NCBI GenBank assembly: GCA_964478325.1
Contig: CAYZIA010000002.1
Coordinates: 1-41,055, forward strand
Source of the DNA: an uncultured Weeksellaceae bacterium
Lineage (GTDB): Bacteria; Bacteroidota; Bacteroidia; Flavobacteriales; BACL11
Length of the DNA: 41,055 nucleotides
Reading direction: 5' to 3'
Part shown: one piece after another, positions 24,152 to 32,782 of the stretch
How positions within the stretch are numbered: position 1 is the stretch's first letter
Layout: each line of letters starts with the position of its first letter
Translations under genes and position numbers: made by a program
Notes under the pieces: generated by a model
Database searches by the model: none
What the model was told of the DNA's origin: nothing
Seen by the model: the letters and a program-made list of their open reading frames with translations, nothing else

Positions 24152-26224
24152 ATGAATACTACAAAAATAAAAGTAGTACTTGCTGGCAATCCTAATTCTG
24201 GAAAATCTACTCTTTTTAATGCGTTAACTGGGCTTAGACAAAAAGTAGGCAATTACCCAGGCATCACAGTTGAGAAAAAAACTGGAAGCTGTAACTTAGA
24301 TGACAACATAAAAGCAGATATTACAGATACTCCTGGAGCTTACAGCTTGTACCCAAAATCCATTGATGAGAAAGTTGCTCAAGAAGTTATTTACAGCAAA
24401 AAGGATAAAGATTATAGAGGAGTTACGGTTGTAGTTGCAGATGCTACTAATCTAAGACGATCTATTTTTCTGATTACCCAAATAATTGATCTGAAAATGA
24501 AAGTAGTTTTAGCGCTAAATATGGTTGATTTATCCTTAAAGCAAGGTATTATTATAGAAGTTCGCAAACTTTCAGAAGGATTAAATATTCCAGTTATTGC
24601 TATAAATGCTAGAAAGCAAGAGGGAATTGAAAACCTTAAGAAAGCTATAGTAACAGCAAATACTCAAGAGTATAAACACTATTTCTTTGATGTTAAAACT
24701 CTGTTTAAAGATATTATTGAACAAACCAATCTTTTAATAAATTCAGATAATAATTATAGATCATTTTTAGCCCTTTGTCTGCAAGATATAAATGAAGATA
24801 TTAAACTTTCTAATCTAAGCAAGAAGCACCAATTTATTCCTAGTAGAGCTCAAGCCCAAGAAACGATAAGAAGATATAAAATGATTGATGGAGTTGTGGA
24901 AAGTTGTAGTACGGAAATTAAAATGTCAGGAAATCGTTCTTTTACCAAATGGTTAGATGATATTCTAATTCATCCTATATGTGGATATTTTATATTCTTA
25001 GGTATTTTATTTCTAATTTTTCAAGCCATTTTTTCATGGTCAGCCTATCCAATGGATTTGATTGATAGCTGGTTTACTGACCTTTCTATTTGGGTTTCAG
25101 CAACCCTACCTGCAGGGATTTTTAATGATTTAATTGTAAAAGGTGTATTAGCTGGACTTGGTGGAATCATTATTTTTGTACCACAAATCGCATTTTTATT
25201 TGCATTTATTGCCTTTTTGGAAGATACTGGTTATATGGCTCGCGTAGGCTTTATTACCGATAAAATACTAAGAGAGTTTGGTCTAAATGGCAGATCAATT
25301 ATTCCTCTTTTAAGTGGAGCAGCTTGTGCGATACCTGCAATTATGTCTGCTAGAACTATTACATCGTGGAAAGAAAGGATGATAACAATAATGGTTACTC
25401 CGCTTATGAGTTGTTCAGCTCGATTGCCTGTTTACACCTTAATTATTGCCATGATAATTCCTGCTGAGCAAAATTGGGGTCCTTTTAATTTGCAGGGGCT
25501 AATAATGATGGCATTTTATTTACTTGGTTTTTTAGCGGCTTTAGGTACTGCTTTTATTTTGAAATTTATTCTCAAAGCAAAACAGAAAGGCTTTTATATA
25601 ATGGAAATGCCTTCTTATAAAATACCCGATTGGAAAACTGTTATTTATACCATTGTGGAAAAGGTAAAAGTATTTTTGTTTGATGCCGGTAAAGTAATTA
25701 TTGCCATTTCTATTATTCTATGGTTTTTATCTTCTTATGCCCCTGGTAATAAGTTTGAACAAATTGAAAAGAAATGGGCAGGAAAAGAAAATGCTGAGGC
25801 AAGTATTTCTGCAGAAAAACTAGAAGCATCTTATGCTGGAATAATTGGGAAAAGTATTGAGCCAGCCATTAAACCATTAGGTTTTGATTGGAAAATTGGT
25901 ATTGCACTTATCACTTCATTTGCAGCAAGAGAAGTGTTTGTAGGTACCATGTCTACTATTTATAGTGTGGGAGATAATTCTAATATTCAATCCATTCGTG
26001 AAAGATTAGAATCAGTTCAAAACCCAGATACAGGAAAAGCATTTTTTACAACAGCAGTTGGAATCTCTTTGATGCTTTTTTATGCTTTTGCCATGCAATG
26101 TATGAGTACGCTTGCTATAGTAAGAAGAGAAACTAATAGTTGGAAATGGCCGATAATTCAATTTCTTTATATGGGAGTTCTCGCATATCTTTCTAGCTTT
26201 ATTGCTTATCAAATACTCAATTGA
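24152..26224 (+). CDS. feoB: Ferrous iron transport protein B
   Basis: N-terminal G-domain (GNPNSGKSTLFNALTG, DTPGAYSL, NMVD) followed by a large polytopic membrane domain. Confidence 0.96.
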   Translation: MNTTKIKVVLAGNPNSGKSTLFNALTGLRQKVGNYPGITVEKKTGSCNLDDNIKADITDTPGAYSLYPKSIDEKVAQEVIYSKKDKDYRGVTVVVADATNLRRSIFLITQIIDLKMKVVLALNMVDLSLKQGIIIEVRKLSEGLNIPVIAINARKQEGIENLKKAIVTANTQEYKHYFFDVKTLFKDIIEQTNLLINSDNNYRSFLALCLQDINEDIKLSNLSKKHQFIPSRAQAQETIRRYKMIDGVVESCSTEIKMSGNRSFTKWLDDILIHPICGYFIFLGILFLIFQAIFSWSAYPMDLIDSWFTDLSIWVSATLPAGIFNDLIVKGVLAGLGGIIIFVPQIAFLFAFIAFLEDTGYMARVGFITDKILREFGLNGRSIIPLLSGAACAIPAIMSARTITSWKERMITIMVTPLMSCSARLPVYTLIIAMIIPAEQNWGPFNLQGLIMMAFYLLGFLAALGTAFILKFILKAKQKGFYIMEMPSYKIPDWKTVIYTIVEKVKVFLFDAGKVIIAISIILWFLSSYAPGNKFEQIEKKWAGKENAEASISAEKLEASYAGIIGKSIEPAIKPLGFDWKIGIALITSFAAREVFVGTMSTIYSVGDNSNIQSIRERLESVQNPDTGKAFFTTAVGISLMLFYAFAMQCMSTLAIVRRETNSWKWPIIQFLYMGVLAYLSSFIAYQILN

Positions 26225-26820
26225 TGGAGAAATTAAATGCCTTTCTTCCGACTAATAGTATCCCGCTAATTAAAAAATGGATCGAGGAATTAGATATTGC
26301 AATAAAAATTACAAAAAGGAGAAATACAAAATTGGGAGATTTTAGAGTAAATCGAAAGGGAGAATACCTAATTAGTATTAATTATGATTTGAATAAATAT
26401 GCTTTTTTGATTACCCTTACACATGAGATAGCACATGCGTTTGTGTGGCGAGAATACAAAAGCAAAGTATATCCTCATGGAACAGAATGGAAAAATACTT
26501 TTAAAAAGATGATGCTAAATTTTCTCAACTCAAATATTTTTCCGGATGATATCTTAAGAGGTTTGAGCAAACATATCAAAAATCTAAAAGCATCTACCTC
26601 AAATGATTATAATTTAAGTAGAATATTAAAAAATTATGATAAAAATCCAAAGCAAACAATTGATGAAATTCCAGATGGAAGTATTTTCTCAGCCATAAAT
26701 GGGAAACAATTTATGAAAATAGAAAAACTAAGAAAAAGGTATAAATGTAAAGAAATTATTTCCGAGAAAATATATTTTTTTAACCCTTTAGCAATAGTTG
26801 ATATGTCACACAATAATTAG
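26224..26820 (+). CDS. SprT-like zinc metalloprotease-fold protein
   Basis: HExxH motif (LTHEIAHAF) in a SprT-like context (TKLGDFRVNRKGEY...). I prefer ATG 26224, which overlaps the feoB TGA (TGATG), to the track's TTG at 26221. Confidence 0.7.
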   Translation: MEKLNAFLPTNSIPLIKKWIEELDIAIKITKRRNTKLGDFRVNRKGEYLISINYDLNKYAFLITLTHEIAHAFVWREYKSKVYPHGTEWKNTFKKMMLNFLNSNIFPDDILRGLSKHIKNLKASTSNDYNLSRILKNYDKNPKQTIDEIPDGSIFSAINGKQFMKIEKLRKRYKCKEIISEKIYFFNPLAIVDMSHNN

Positions 26821-26835
26821 ATTAATCTTTTATTG

Positions 26836-26843
26836 TACTTTTG
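26836..26843 (+). promoter_or_regulatory. Candidate -7 promoter box (TACTTTTG) for the mannose-1-phosphate guanylyltransferase gene
   Basis: Exact TAnnTTTG, 17 nt upstream of ATG 26861. Confidence 0.4.
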
Positions 26844-26860
26844 AATTTTAAAATATCAAT

Positions 26861-27937
26861 ATGAATAATAACAATTATGCAGTAATAATGGCCGGTGGTA
26901 TTGGCTCAAGATTTTGGCCAATGAGCAAAGAAAGCCGCCCTAAACAATTTATTGATATTTTAGGAACAGGCGAAACACTTATTCAGCAAACTTTTAGGAG
27001 ACTTAGTAAAATCTGTCCAAAAGAAAATATTCTAATTGTAACCAATAAGAATTATAAAGAATTATGTTTAGAGCAACTAAAAAATGTTGATAAAAACAAT
27101 ATCTTATGTGAGCCAACAATGCGAAATACCGCTCCTTGTATTGCTTATGCTGCTTTTAAAATTTATAGTAAAAATCAAGATGCAAATATGATAGTGGCTC
27201 CATCAGATCATTTAATTACTAATGAAGATGAATTTGTAAAAGTGGTAAATAATGGAATGAGAATGACTGCCAAATATGATATTTTACTTACAATTGGTAT
27301 TCAGCCAAGCCGGCCAGATACTGGCTATGGGTATATTCAATCTAGTAACTCGAAATTGGAAGGTAATCCTATTATCAAAAAAGTAAAAAAATTTACTGAA
27401 AAACCAAGTCAGGAATTGGCATTACAATTCTTAGATAGTGGTGATTTCTTGTGGAATTCAGGAATTTTTATTTGGAGTGCAAAAACTATTATTAAGTCTT
27501 TCCGAAAACATTTACGTAATATCTATGATATTTTTGAAGAGGGCAATTCATTTTATAATACTAAGAAAGAAAACAGCTATATTGACAGAATATTCCCAGA
27601 ATGTAATAATATCTCAATTGATTATGGTGTAATGGAAAAATCGGATAGCGTATATGTTTTCCCTGCTGATCTTGGTTGGAGTGACTTGGGAACTTGGAGT
27701 TCGCTTTACACGTATTTAGATTTAGATAAAAACCAGAATGCTGTGCAGGGCAATAATGTTTTTTTATATGATTCAGGAAATAACATTGTAAAAATTCCTA
27801 ATGAAAAGCTAGTTGTTTTACAAGGACTAAATGGTTATATAATTGTTGAAAATGATGGTATACTCCTTGTTTGTAAAAAAGAAGATGAACAAGAAATAAA
27901 AGAGTTTGTGTCTGATATAAAAAAGAAGAATAAATAA
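26861..27937 (+). CDS. Mannose-1-phosphate guanylyltransferase (short form)
   Basis: Nucleotidyltransferase N-terminus AVIMAGGIGSRFWPMS...PKQF, plus PSDHLI and GYGYIQ. At 358 aa there is no room for the C-terminal phosphomannose isomerase/cupin domain of the long form. Confidence 0.88.
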   Translation: MNNNNYAVIMAGGIGSRFWPMSKESRPKQFIDILGTGETLIQQTFRRLSKICPKENILIVTNKNYKELCLEQLKNVDKNNILCEPTMRNTAPCIAYAAFKIYSKNQDANMIVAPSDHLITNEDEFVKVVNNGMRMTAKYDILLTIGIQPSRPDTGYGYIQSSNSKLEGNPIIKKVKKFTEKPSQELALQFLDSGDFLWNSGIFIWSAKTIIKSFRKHLRNIYDIFEEGNSFYNTKKENSYIDRIFPECNNISIDYGVMEKSDSVYVFPADLGWSDLGTWSSLYTYLDLDKNQNAVQGNNVFLYDSGNNIVKIPNEKLVVLQGLNGYIIVENDGILLVCKKEDEQEIKEFVSDIKKKNK

Positions 27938-27940
27938 ATT

Positions 27941-29341
27941 CTATTTCTTCAAACTACCACACATGTCCTCAGGATTTACCCAAGCATCAAAATCCTCTCC
28001 TGTAAGATAACCTAAATTAATTGCCTCTTCTTTCAGAGTTGTTCCATTTTTATGAGCAGTCTTTGCAATTTTTGCAGCCTTATCGTATCCAATTTTAGTA
28101 TTTAATGCAGTTACTAGCATTAAAGAGTTATCCAAATTCTTTTTTAAATTAACATAATTTGGCTCAATTCCAATTGCACAATTAATATCAAAGGAAACAC
28201 ATGCATCTCCAATTAATCTTGCAGACTGCAAGAAATTAGCAGACATAACTGGCTTAAATACATTTAATTCATAATGCCCTTGCATGCCAGCAACTGATAT
28301 TGCAACATCATTTCCAACAACTTGTGTGCAAACCATTGTCATCGCTTCACATTGTGTTGGATTTACTTTTCCTGGCATTATAGATGAACCTGGTTCATTT
28401 GCAGGAATAATAATTTCTCCAATTCCACTTCTTGGCCCTGAAGCTAACATTCTTATATCATTAACAATTTTATTTAAAGAAACTGCTAATTGTTTTAAAG
28501 CTGCATGACTTTCTACAATTGCATCATGAGCAGCAAGTGCTTCAAATTTATTTTCAGCTGTAATAAAAGGAAGATCTGTAAATTCAGCAATATACTTTGC
28601 TACTAATTCTGAGTATCCCTCAGGCGTATTGATTCCCGTTCCAACTGCCGTTCCTCCAAGTGCTATTTCTGAAAGGTGAGTAAGTGTATTCTTAAGAGCT
28701 TTTAATCCATGATCAAGCTGTGAAACATATCCTGAAAATTCTTGACCTAGAGTAAGTGGAGTTGCGTCCATTAAATGTGTTCTTCCAATCTTAACAACAT
28801 GCATAAACTCTTTGGACTTTTCTTCAAGCGTATTTCTTAATTGCTCAACCCCAGGAATTGAAGTATCTATAATCATCTTGTAAGCTGCAATATGCATTCC
28901 TGTTGGAAAGGTGTCGTTTGAACTTTGGGATTTATTTACATCGTCATTTGGATGAATAACTTTTTCAGAATCTTCTAAACTTCCTCCATTTATCACATGA
29001 GCTCTGTTTGCAACAACTTCATTAATATTCATATTGCTTTGCGTTCCACTTCCTGTTTGCCATATTACCAAAGGAAATTGATCATCATGTTTCCCTTCTA
29101 GAATTTCATCACAAACTTTTGTAATCAAATTTCTTTTTTCTAAAGAAAGTACTCCTAATTTACAATTAGCATGAGCAGCAGCTTTTTTTAAATAAGCAAA
29201 ACCATAAATAATTTCTTTTGGCATGCTGGCCTCCTCCCCAATCTTAAAATTGTTTCTGCTTCTTTCGGTTTGTGCTCCCCAGTATTTTTCTGCAGGAATT
29301 TTTACTTCCCCCATTGTGTCTTTTTCTATTCTATAATTCAT
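27941..29341 (-). CDS. fumC: Class II fumarate hydratase
   Basis: 466 aa. It carries the fumarate lyase signature [11 protein letters not shown], plus [11 protein letters not shown] and TH(L)MDATP. Confidence 0.97.
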   Translation of the reverse strand: MNYRIEKDTMGEVKIPAEKYWGAQTERSRNNFKIGEEASMPKEIIYGFAYLKKAAAHANCKLGVLSLEKRNLITKVCDEILEGKHDDQFPLVIWQTGSGTQSNMNINEVVANRAHVINGGSLEDSEKVIHPNDDVNKSQSSNDTFPTGMHIAAYKMIIDTSIPGVEQLRNTLEEKSKEFMHVVKIGRTHLMDATPLTLGQEFSGYVSQLDHGLKALKNTLTHLSEIALGGTAVGTGINTPEGYSELVAKYIAEFTDLPFITAENKFEALAAHDAIVESHAALKQLAVSLNKIVNDIRMLASGPRSGIGEIIIPANEPGSSIMPGKVNPTQCEAMTMVCTQVVGNDVAISVAGMQGHYELNVFKPVMSANFLQSARLIGDACVSFDINCAIGIEPNYVNLKKNLDNSLMLVTALNTKIGYDKAAKIAKTAHKNGTTLKEEAINLGYLTGEDFDAWVNPEDMCGSLKK

Positions 29342-29386
29342 AACGAAAATATTTTGATAGTTTTAATTCTTGTTGTTTCTTTGTGG

Positions 29387-29394
29387 CAAAGTTA
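29387..29394 (-). promoter_or_regulatory. Candidate -7 promoter box (TAACTTTG on the minus strand) for fumC
   Basis: Exact TAnnTTTG, 45 nt upstream of the fumC ATG. Confidence 0.35.
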
Positions 29395-29400
29395 ATGATT

Positions 29401-29544
29401 ATGAAATTTCTAGGATTCCTAATATTTTTATTTGTTTTTTTAATGGCTTTTTGGTCTATTATATTTTTAGCTAGTGTCATCCCTTATTTTATTCTTGTTT
29501 GGGCTAAAGAAGGTAAATTAGAAAACGATCAAATCCCATCTTAA
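29401..29544 (+). CDS. Possible 47-aa membrane peptide (MKFLGFLIFLFVFLMAFWSIIFLASVIPYFILVWAKEGKLENDQIPS)
   Basis: Not in the ORF track. It is hydrophobic with two predicted TM segments, and its stop overlaps the arsC-family stop convergently. There is no homology evidence, and in AT-rich DNA Phe/Ile/Leu-rich ORFs arise easily. Confidence 0.25.
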   Translation: MKFLGFLIFLFVFLMAFWSIIFLASVIPYFILVWAKEGKLENDQIPS

Positions 29545-29882
29545 CAAAGTAAATTCAATACTTGCTCAGGTGATCTGCCAATAATTGCTTTCCCATTCTT
29601 TACTATAATTGGCCTTTCAATTAGCTTTGGATTTTCAGCCATTGCCATAATTATTTCATCATCAGTTAATTCTTTTCCATTATACTTTTGTTTCCAAATT
29701 TGCTCACCTTTCCTTATCAATTCTATTGGTTGTATTTTTAACATTTTCAAAAGCAATCCCAAATCCTCAATTGAAATACGTTCTTTTAAGTATTCAATAA
29801 TTTTAAGATTCTCTCCTTTTTCTTGAATTAAAAAGAGTGCTTTTCTGCTTTTACTACATCTGGGATTATGGTATATTTTCAT
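29541..29882 (-). CDS. ArsC/Spx family protein (glutaredoxin-type arsenate reductase-like)
   Basis: 113 aa. N-terminal IYHNPRCSKSR active-site context and LIERPI near the C-terminus. Confidence 0.8.
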   Translation of the reverse strand: MKIYHNPRCSKSRKALFLIQEKGENLKIIEYLKERISIEDLGLLLKMLKIQPIELIRKGEQIWKQKYNGKELTDDEIIMAMAENPKLIERPIIVKNGKAIIGRSPEQVLNLLC

Positions 29883-29885
29883 AAT

Positions 29886-30974
29886 CTATTTTTGCCCAAA
29901 TTGCATTAGATACACTTTGATAAAAGCATTCAAATCGCCATCTAATACTGCTTCAGGATTGGAACTTTCATAATTTGTTCTTAAATCTTTCACTAATTTA
30001 TAGGGGTGCAAAACATAGTTTCTAATTTGAGAACCCCATTCAATTTTCTTTTTATTACCCTCTAATTTATCTCTTTCCAATTGTATTTTTCTGAGTTCCA
30101 GATCATGTAATTGAGATTTTAAAAGTTTCAAGGCCTTGTCTTTATTTTCTAATTGTGAACGTGTCTCAGAATTTTCAATAATAATCCCTGTTGGTTGATG
30201 TTTAAGCCGAACAGCCGATTCAATCTTATTTACCCCTTGCCCCCCAGCACCACTTGAACGAAAGGTATCCCATGAGATTTCAGAAGGATCAATCACAATA
30301 TCAATACTATCATCAGCTAGTGGATACACAAAAACGGAAGCAAAAGAAGTGTGTCTCTTGGCATTAGAATCAAATGGTGAAATTCTGACCAAACGATGAA
30401 CACCATTCTCTCCTTTGAGGTGGCCAAAAGCAAAATCGCCATCAAATTCTAAAGTAACGGATTTAATACCTGCTGGTTCAGCCTTTTGCATATCTAATTC
30501 TTTCACTTTATAGCCATTTTTCTCTCCCCACATCAAATACATTCTCATTATCATTTCTGCCCAATCTTGACTTTCAGTACCGCCTGCCCCAGGATTTATC
30601 GTTAAAATTGCTGGCATCTCATCTTCTTTTTCAGAAAGCATATTTTTGAATTCTAAATCTTCAATGGCAGCAATTACTTTTTTCTCTTGCTTTTCAACTT
30701 CTAATTCGCTAGCTTCACCTTCATGAAAAAAGTCAATCAGAATCTTCAATTCATCTAATTCATTTACCACTTTATTATAGGTCTTTACCCAAGCCTTCAA
30801 TTTGCTTATTTGCTTTAAAGTTTGTTGTGCCTTATTTGAATTATTCCAAAAATTAGCATCATGGGTTTGCTTTTCCTTTTCTTGAAGTTGTAATTGTTTC
30901 TGCTTTATATTCAAGAACCTGAAAAGATTATCTTTTCTTTTGTTTAATGCAAAAATTTGTTGGTCGCTTACCAT
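29886..30974 (-). CDS. prfB: Peptide chain release factor 2, encoded in a single uninterrupted frame
   Basis: The SPF tripeptide (RISPFDS) and GGQ (SSGAGGQGVNK) are present. At 362 aa it is comparable to full-length RF2. There is no in-frame TGA near codons 17-25. Confidence 0.95.
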   Translation of the reverse strand: MVSDQQIFALNKRKDNLFRFLNIKQKQLQLQEKEKQTHDANFWNNSNKAQQTLKQISKLKAWVKTYNKVVNELDELKILIDFFHEGEASELEVEKQEKKVIAAIEDLEFKNMLSEKEDEMPAILTINPGAGGTESQDWAEMIMRMYLMWGEKNGYKVKELDMQKAEPAGIKSVTLEFDGDFAFGHLKGENGVHRLVRISPFDSNAKRHTSFASVFVYPLADDSIDIVIDPSEISWDTFRSSGAGGQGVNKIESAVRLKHQPTGIIIENSETRSQLENKDKALKLLKSQLHDLELRKIQLERDKLEGNKKKIEWGSQIRNYVLHPYKLVKDLRTNYESSNPEAVLDGDLNAFIKVYLMQFGQK

Positions 30975-30986
30975 CTTTTGGAAATA

Positions 30987-31463
30987 CTATTTATTGTAAA
31001 TTTCATTTATCTTTTCCCAAACTAAATTGTTTTCAAATCCTCTATTTATCAAATACTTTGCCAATTTACTTTTTCGTTTAAAATGACTCTTATCTTTAAT
31101 TAGGTTGTTTTTCTTCTCTGCTTGATCTTCTAATTCCTTTAAATATTCATCCATTTTAATTTCTTCCATTCCTTTTTTTATGCAAATGGAAGATATATTC
31201 TTCTTTTTTAGCTCAAATTCAATTTTTCTTCTACCCCATTTCTTTATACGGAACTTTCCTCTACAAAATGAGCAAGCATATCTTTCTTCATCAATAAAAC
31301 AATCATTTATCAATTCTATCATAATGATATCTTTAGTGTTTTCCAAAAGCCCCCATTCCGATAATTTCTGTCTTACATCCCATTGACATCTGTCTTCCAA
31401 GGCACAATAATTCTTTATTCTTTCCTTTGCTTCACTTATTTTGTAAACTCTTTTGTTTTGCAT
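30987..31463 (-). CDS. recX: Regulatory protein RecX
   Basis: RecX-like repeats (YCALEDRCQWDVRQKL..., IDEERYACSFCRGKFRIKKWGRRKI, LINRGF). I start it at ATG 31463 (MQNKRVY). The longer track ORF would run through the neighbouring gene's start. Confidence 0.8.
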   Translation of the reverse strand: MQNKRVYKISEAKERIKNYCALEDRCQWDVRQKLSEWGLLENTKDIIMIELINDCFIDEERYACSFCRGKFRIKKWGRRKIEFELKKKNISSICIKKGMEEIKMDEYLKELEDQAEKKNNLIKDKSHFKRKSKLAKYLINRGFENNLVWEKINEIYNK

Positions 31464-31468
31464 CGATT

Positions 31469-31476
31469 CAAAAATA
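31469..31476 (-). promoter_or_regulatory. Candidate -7 box (TATTTTTG on the minus strand) 5 nt before the recX ATG
   Basis: Exact TAnnTTTG inside the 35-bp recX/MFS intergenic region. Confidence 0.4.
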
Positions 31477-31486
31477 CATATTCTTT

Positions 31487-31494
31487 TACTTTTG
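31487..31494 (+). promoter_or_regulatory. Candidate -7 box (TACTTTTG) 4 nt before the MFS transporter ATG
   Basis: Exact TAnnTTTG inside the same 35-bp intergenic region, on the opposite strand to the recX box. Confidence 0.4.
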
Positions 31495-31498
31495 CAAT

Positions 31499-32782
31499 AT
31501 GAAAAATAAAAAAGCAATAAGCTTACTTTTTTTGTCTAACATTATTTCTGGTTTTGCACAAGGCATTAGTATGATTGCTATTCCTTGGTATTTTGTAGAA
31601 GTTGTAGGTAGGCCAGAAGTATTTGCTACAGCATACCTATTCATCACTTTTGCTACTTTATTTTGGGGATTATATGCTGGAACATTAATTGACAGATACT
31701 CTAGGAGAAACCTTTTTATTCTCATAAATTTAGTTTGCGGCCTGATTATTGGAACAGTTGCAATTTCAGGATTCTTCAGCAGTAATATGAACGATTTATT
31801 AGTAATTCTAGTATTTGCTACCACCATTTTTAATTACAATGTACATTATCCTAACCTTTATGCTTTCGGACAAGAAATTACTGAAAAAAGCAATTATGGA
31901 AAACTAAATTCTTATATAGAGATTCAGGGACAATCTACTAGTATCTTAGCAGGTGCTTTTGCAGCTTTACTACTTACTGGAACAACAAATAAAAGCATGA
32001 ATTTAGGTGGATTTACTATTCACTTCCCTTTTGAAATTGAACCATGGGGAATACATGAAATATTCTTGATGGATGCTATTACTTATATGATAGTAATCTT
32101 GATCTTTATGCAAATAAAGTATAGCAGAATAGTAACAGATAAAGTAGAAGTTGGCACTTTATTCACCCGACTTAAGAGTGGGATATCTTACTTAAAAAAA
32201 CACCCTCTTATTTTTAGATTTGGGCTCACCTCTTATATGCTTTTTGCATTTCTACTTGTAGAAATTCATATTCTATTACCTGCTTATGTGCATGATTTTT
32301 TGCAAGGGAAGGGGGATATTTACGCCTCAGCTGAAGTTTATTATTCACTTGGAGCAATTTTAGCTGGAGTATTTGTTATTCGTTTTTTCAGGAATAAGAA
32401 CCCGATCTTTGGAATTATTCTTTTAATGCTTATTGTCTCTTTCGCTTTTGCAGGAATGACTTTTATCAAATCACTTGTATACTTTTTTATTGCAAACTTT
32501 ATATTAGGATTAACCAATGCAGGAGTGAGGGTTCTAAGGACTACTTATCTTTTTAATCATATTCCAAACAATATAATGGGTCGAACAAGTTCTGTTTTTA
32601 ACTCTTTGAATATAATGGTTCGTATGTGCTTGATTGGGCTTTTTGCTATACCCTTTTTCCTTACAAATGATAATGTACGTTGGGGATATCTGGTAGGAGC
32701 TGTTATGGTAATTTTAGCAATTATTCCTTTGGTTTTACACTACAAATCTTTAGTGAATCTAGAGAAGAGAAAAAACATTTAG
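31499..32782 (+). CDS. MFS transporter
   Basis: About 12 predicted TM helices and the MFS loop motif GTLIDRYSRR. I start it at ATG 31499 (MKNKKAISLLF). The track's TTG/CTG-type extension overlaps recX. Confidence 0.85.
   Translation: MKNKKAISLLFLSNIISGFAQGISMIAIPWYFVEVVGRPEVFATAYLFITFATLFWGLYAGTLIDRYSRRNLFILINLVCGLIIGTVAISGFFSSNMNDLLVILVFATTIFNYNVHYPNLYAFGQEITEKSNYGKLNSYIEIQGQSTSILAGAFAALLLTGTTNKSMNLGGFTIHFPFEIEPWGIHEIFLMDAITYMIVILIFMQIKYSRIVTDKVEVGTLFTRLKSGISYLKKHPLIFRFGLTSYMLFAFLLVEIHILLPAYVHDFLQGKGDIYASAEVYYSLGAILAGVFVIRFFRNKNPIFGIILLMLIVSFAFAGMTFIKSLVYFFIANFILGLTNAGVRVLRTTYLFNHIPNNIMGRTSSVFNSLNIMVRMCLIGLFAIPFFLTNDNVRWGYLVGAVMVILAIIPLVLHYKSLVNLEKRKNI

Noticed and set aside
21916-28508. 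ORF-track entries 21916..22113 (-), 22522..22734 (+), 23913..24107 (-), 26012..26212 (-), 27438..27632 (+, alternative frame) and 28284..28508 (+)
   Set aside because: Each lies inside a well-supported gene (MBL hydrolase, MlaF-like, feoA, feoB, guanylyltransferase, fumC). They have no motifs.
31427-31517. Track N-terminal extensions of recX (to 31517) and of the MFS transporter (from 31427), which would make the two divergent genes overlap by about 90 nt
   Set aside because: Both extensions begin at non-ATG codons, read through the other gene's start, and cover the two TAnnTTTG boxes. Internal ATGs at 31463 and 31499 give typical N-termini.
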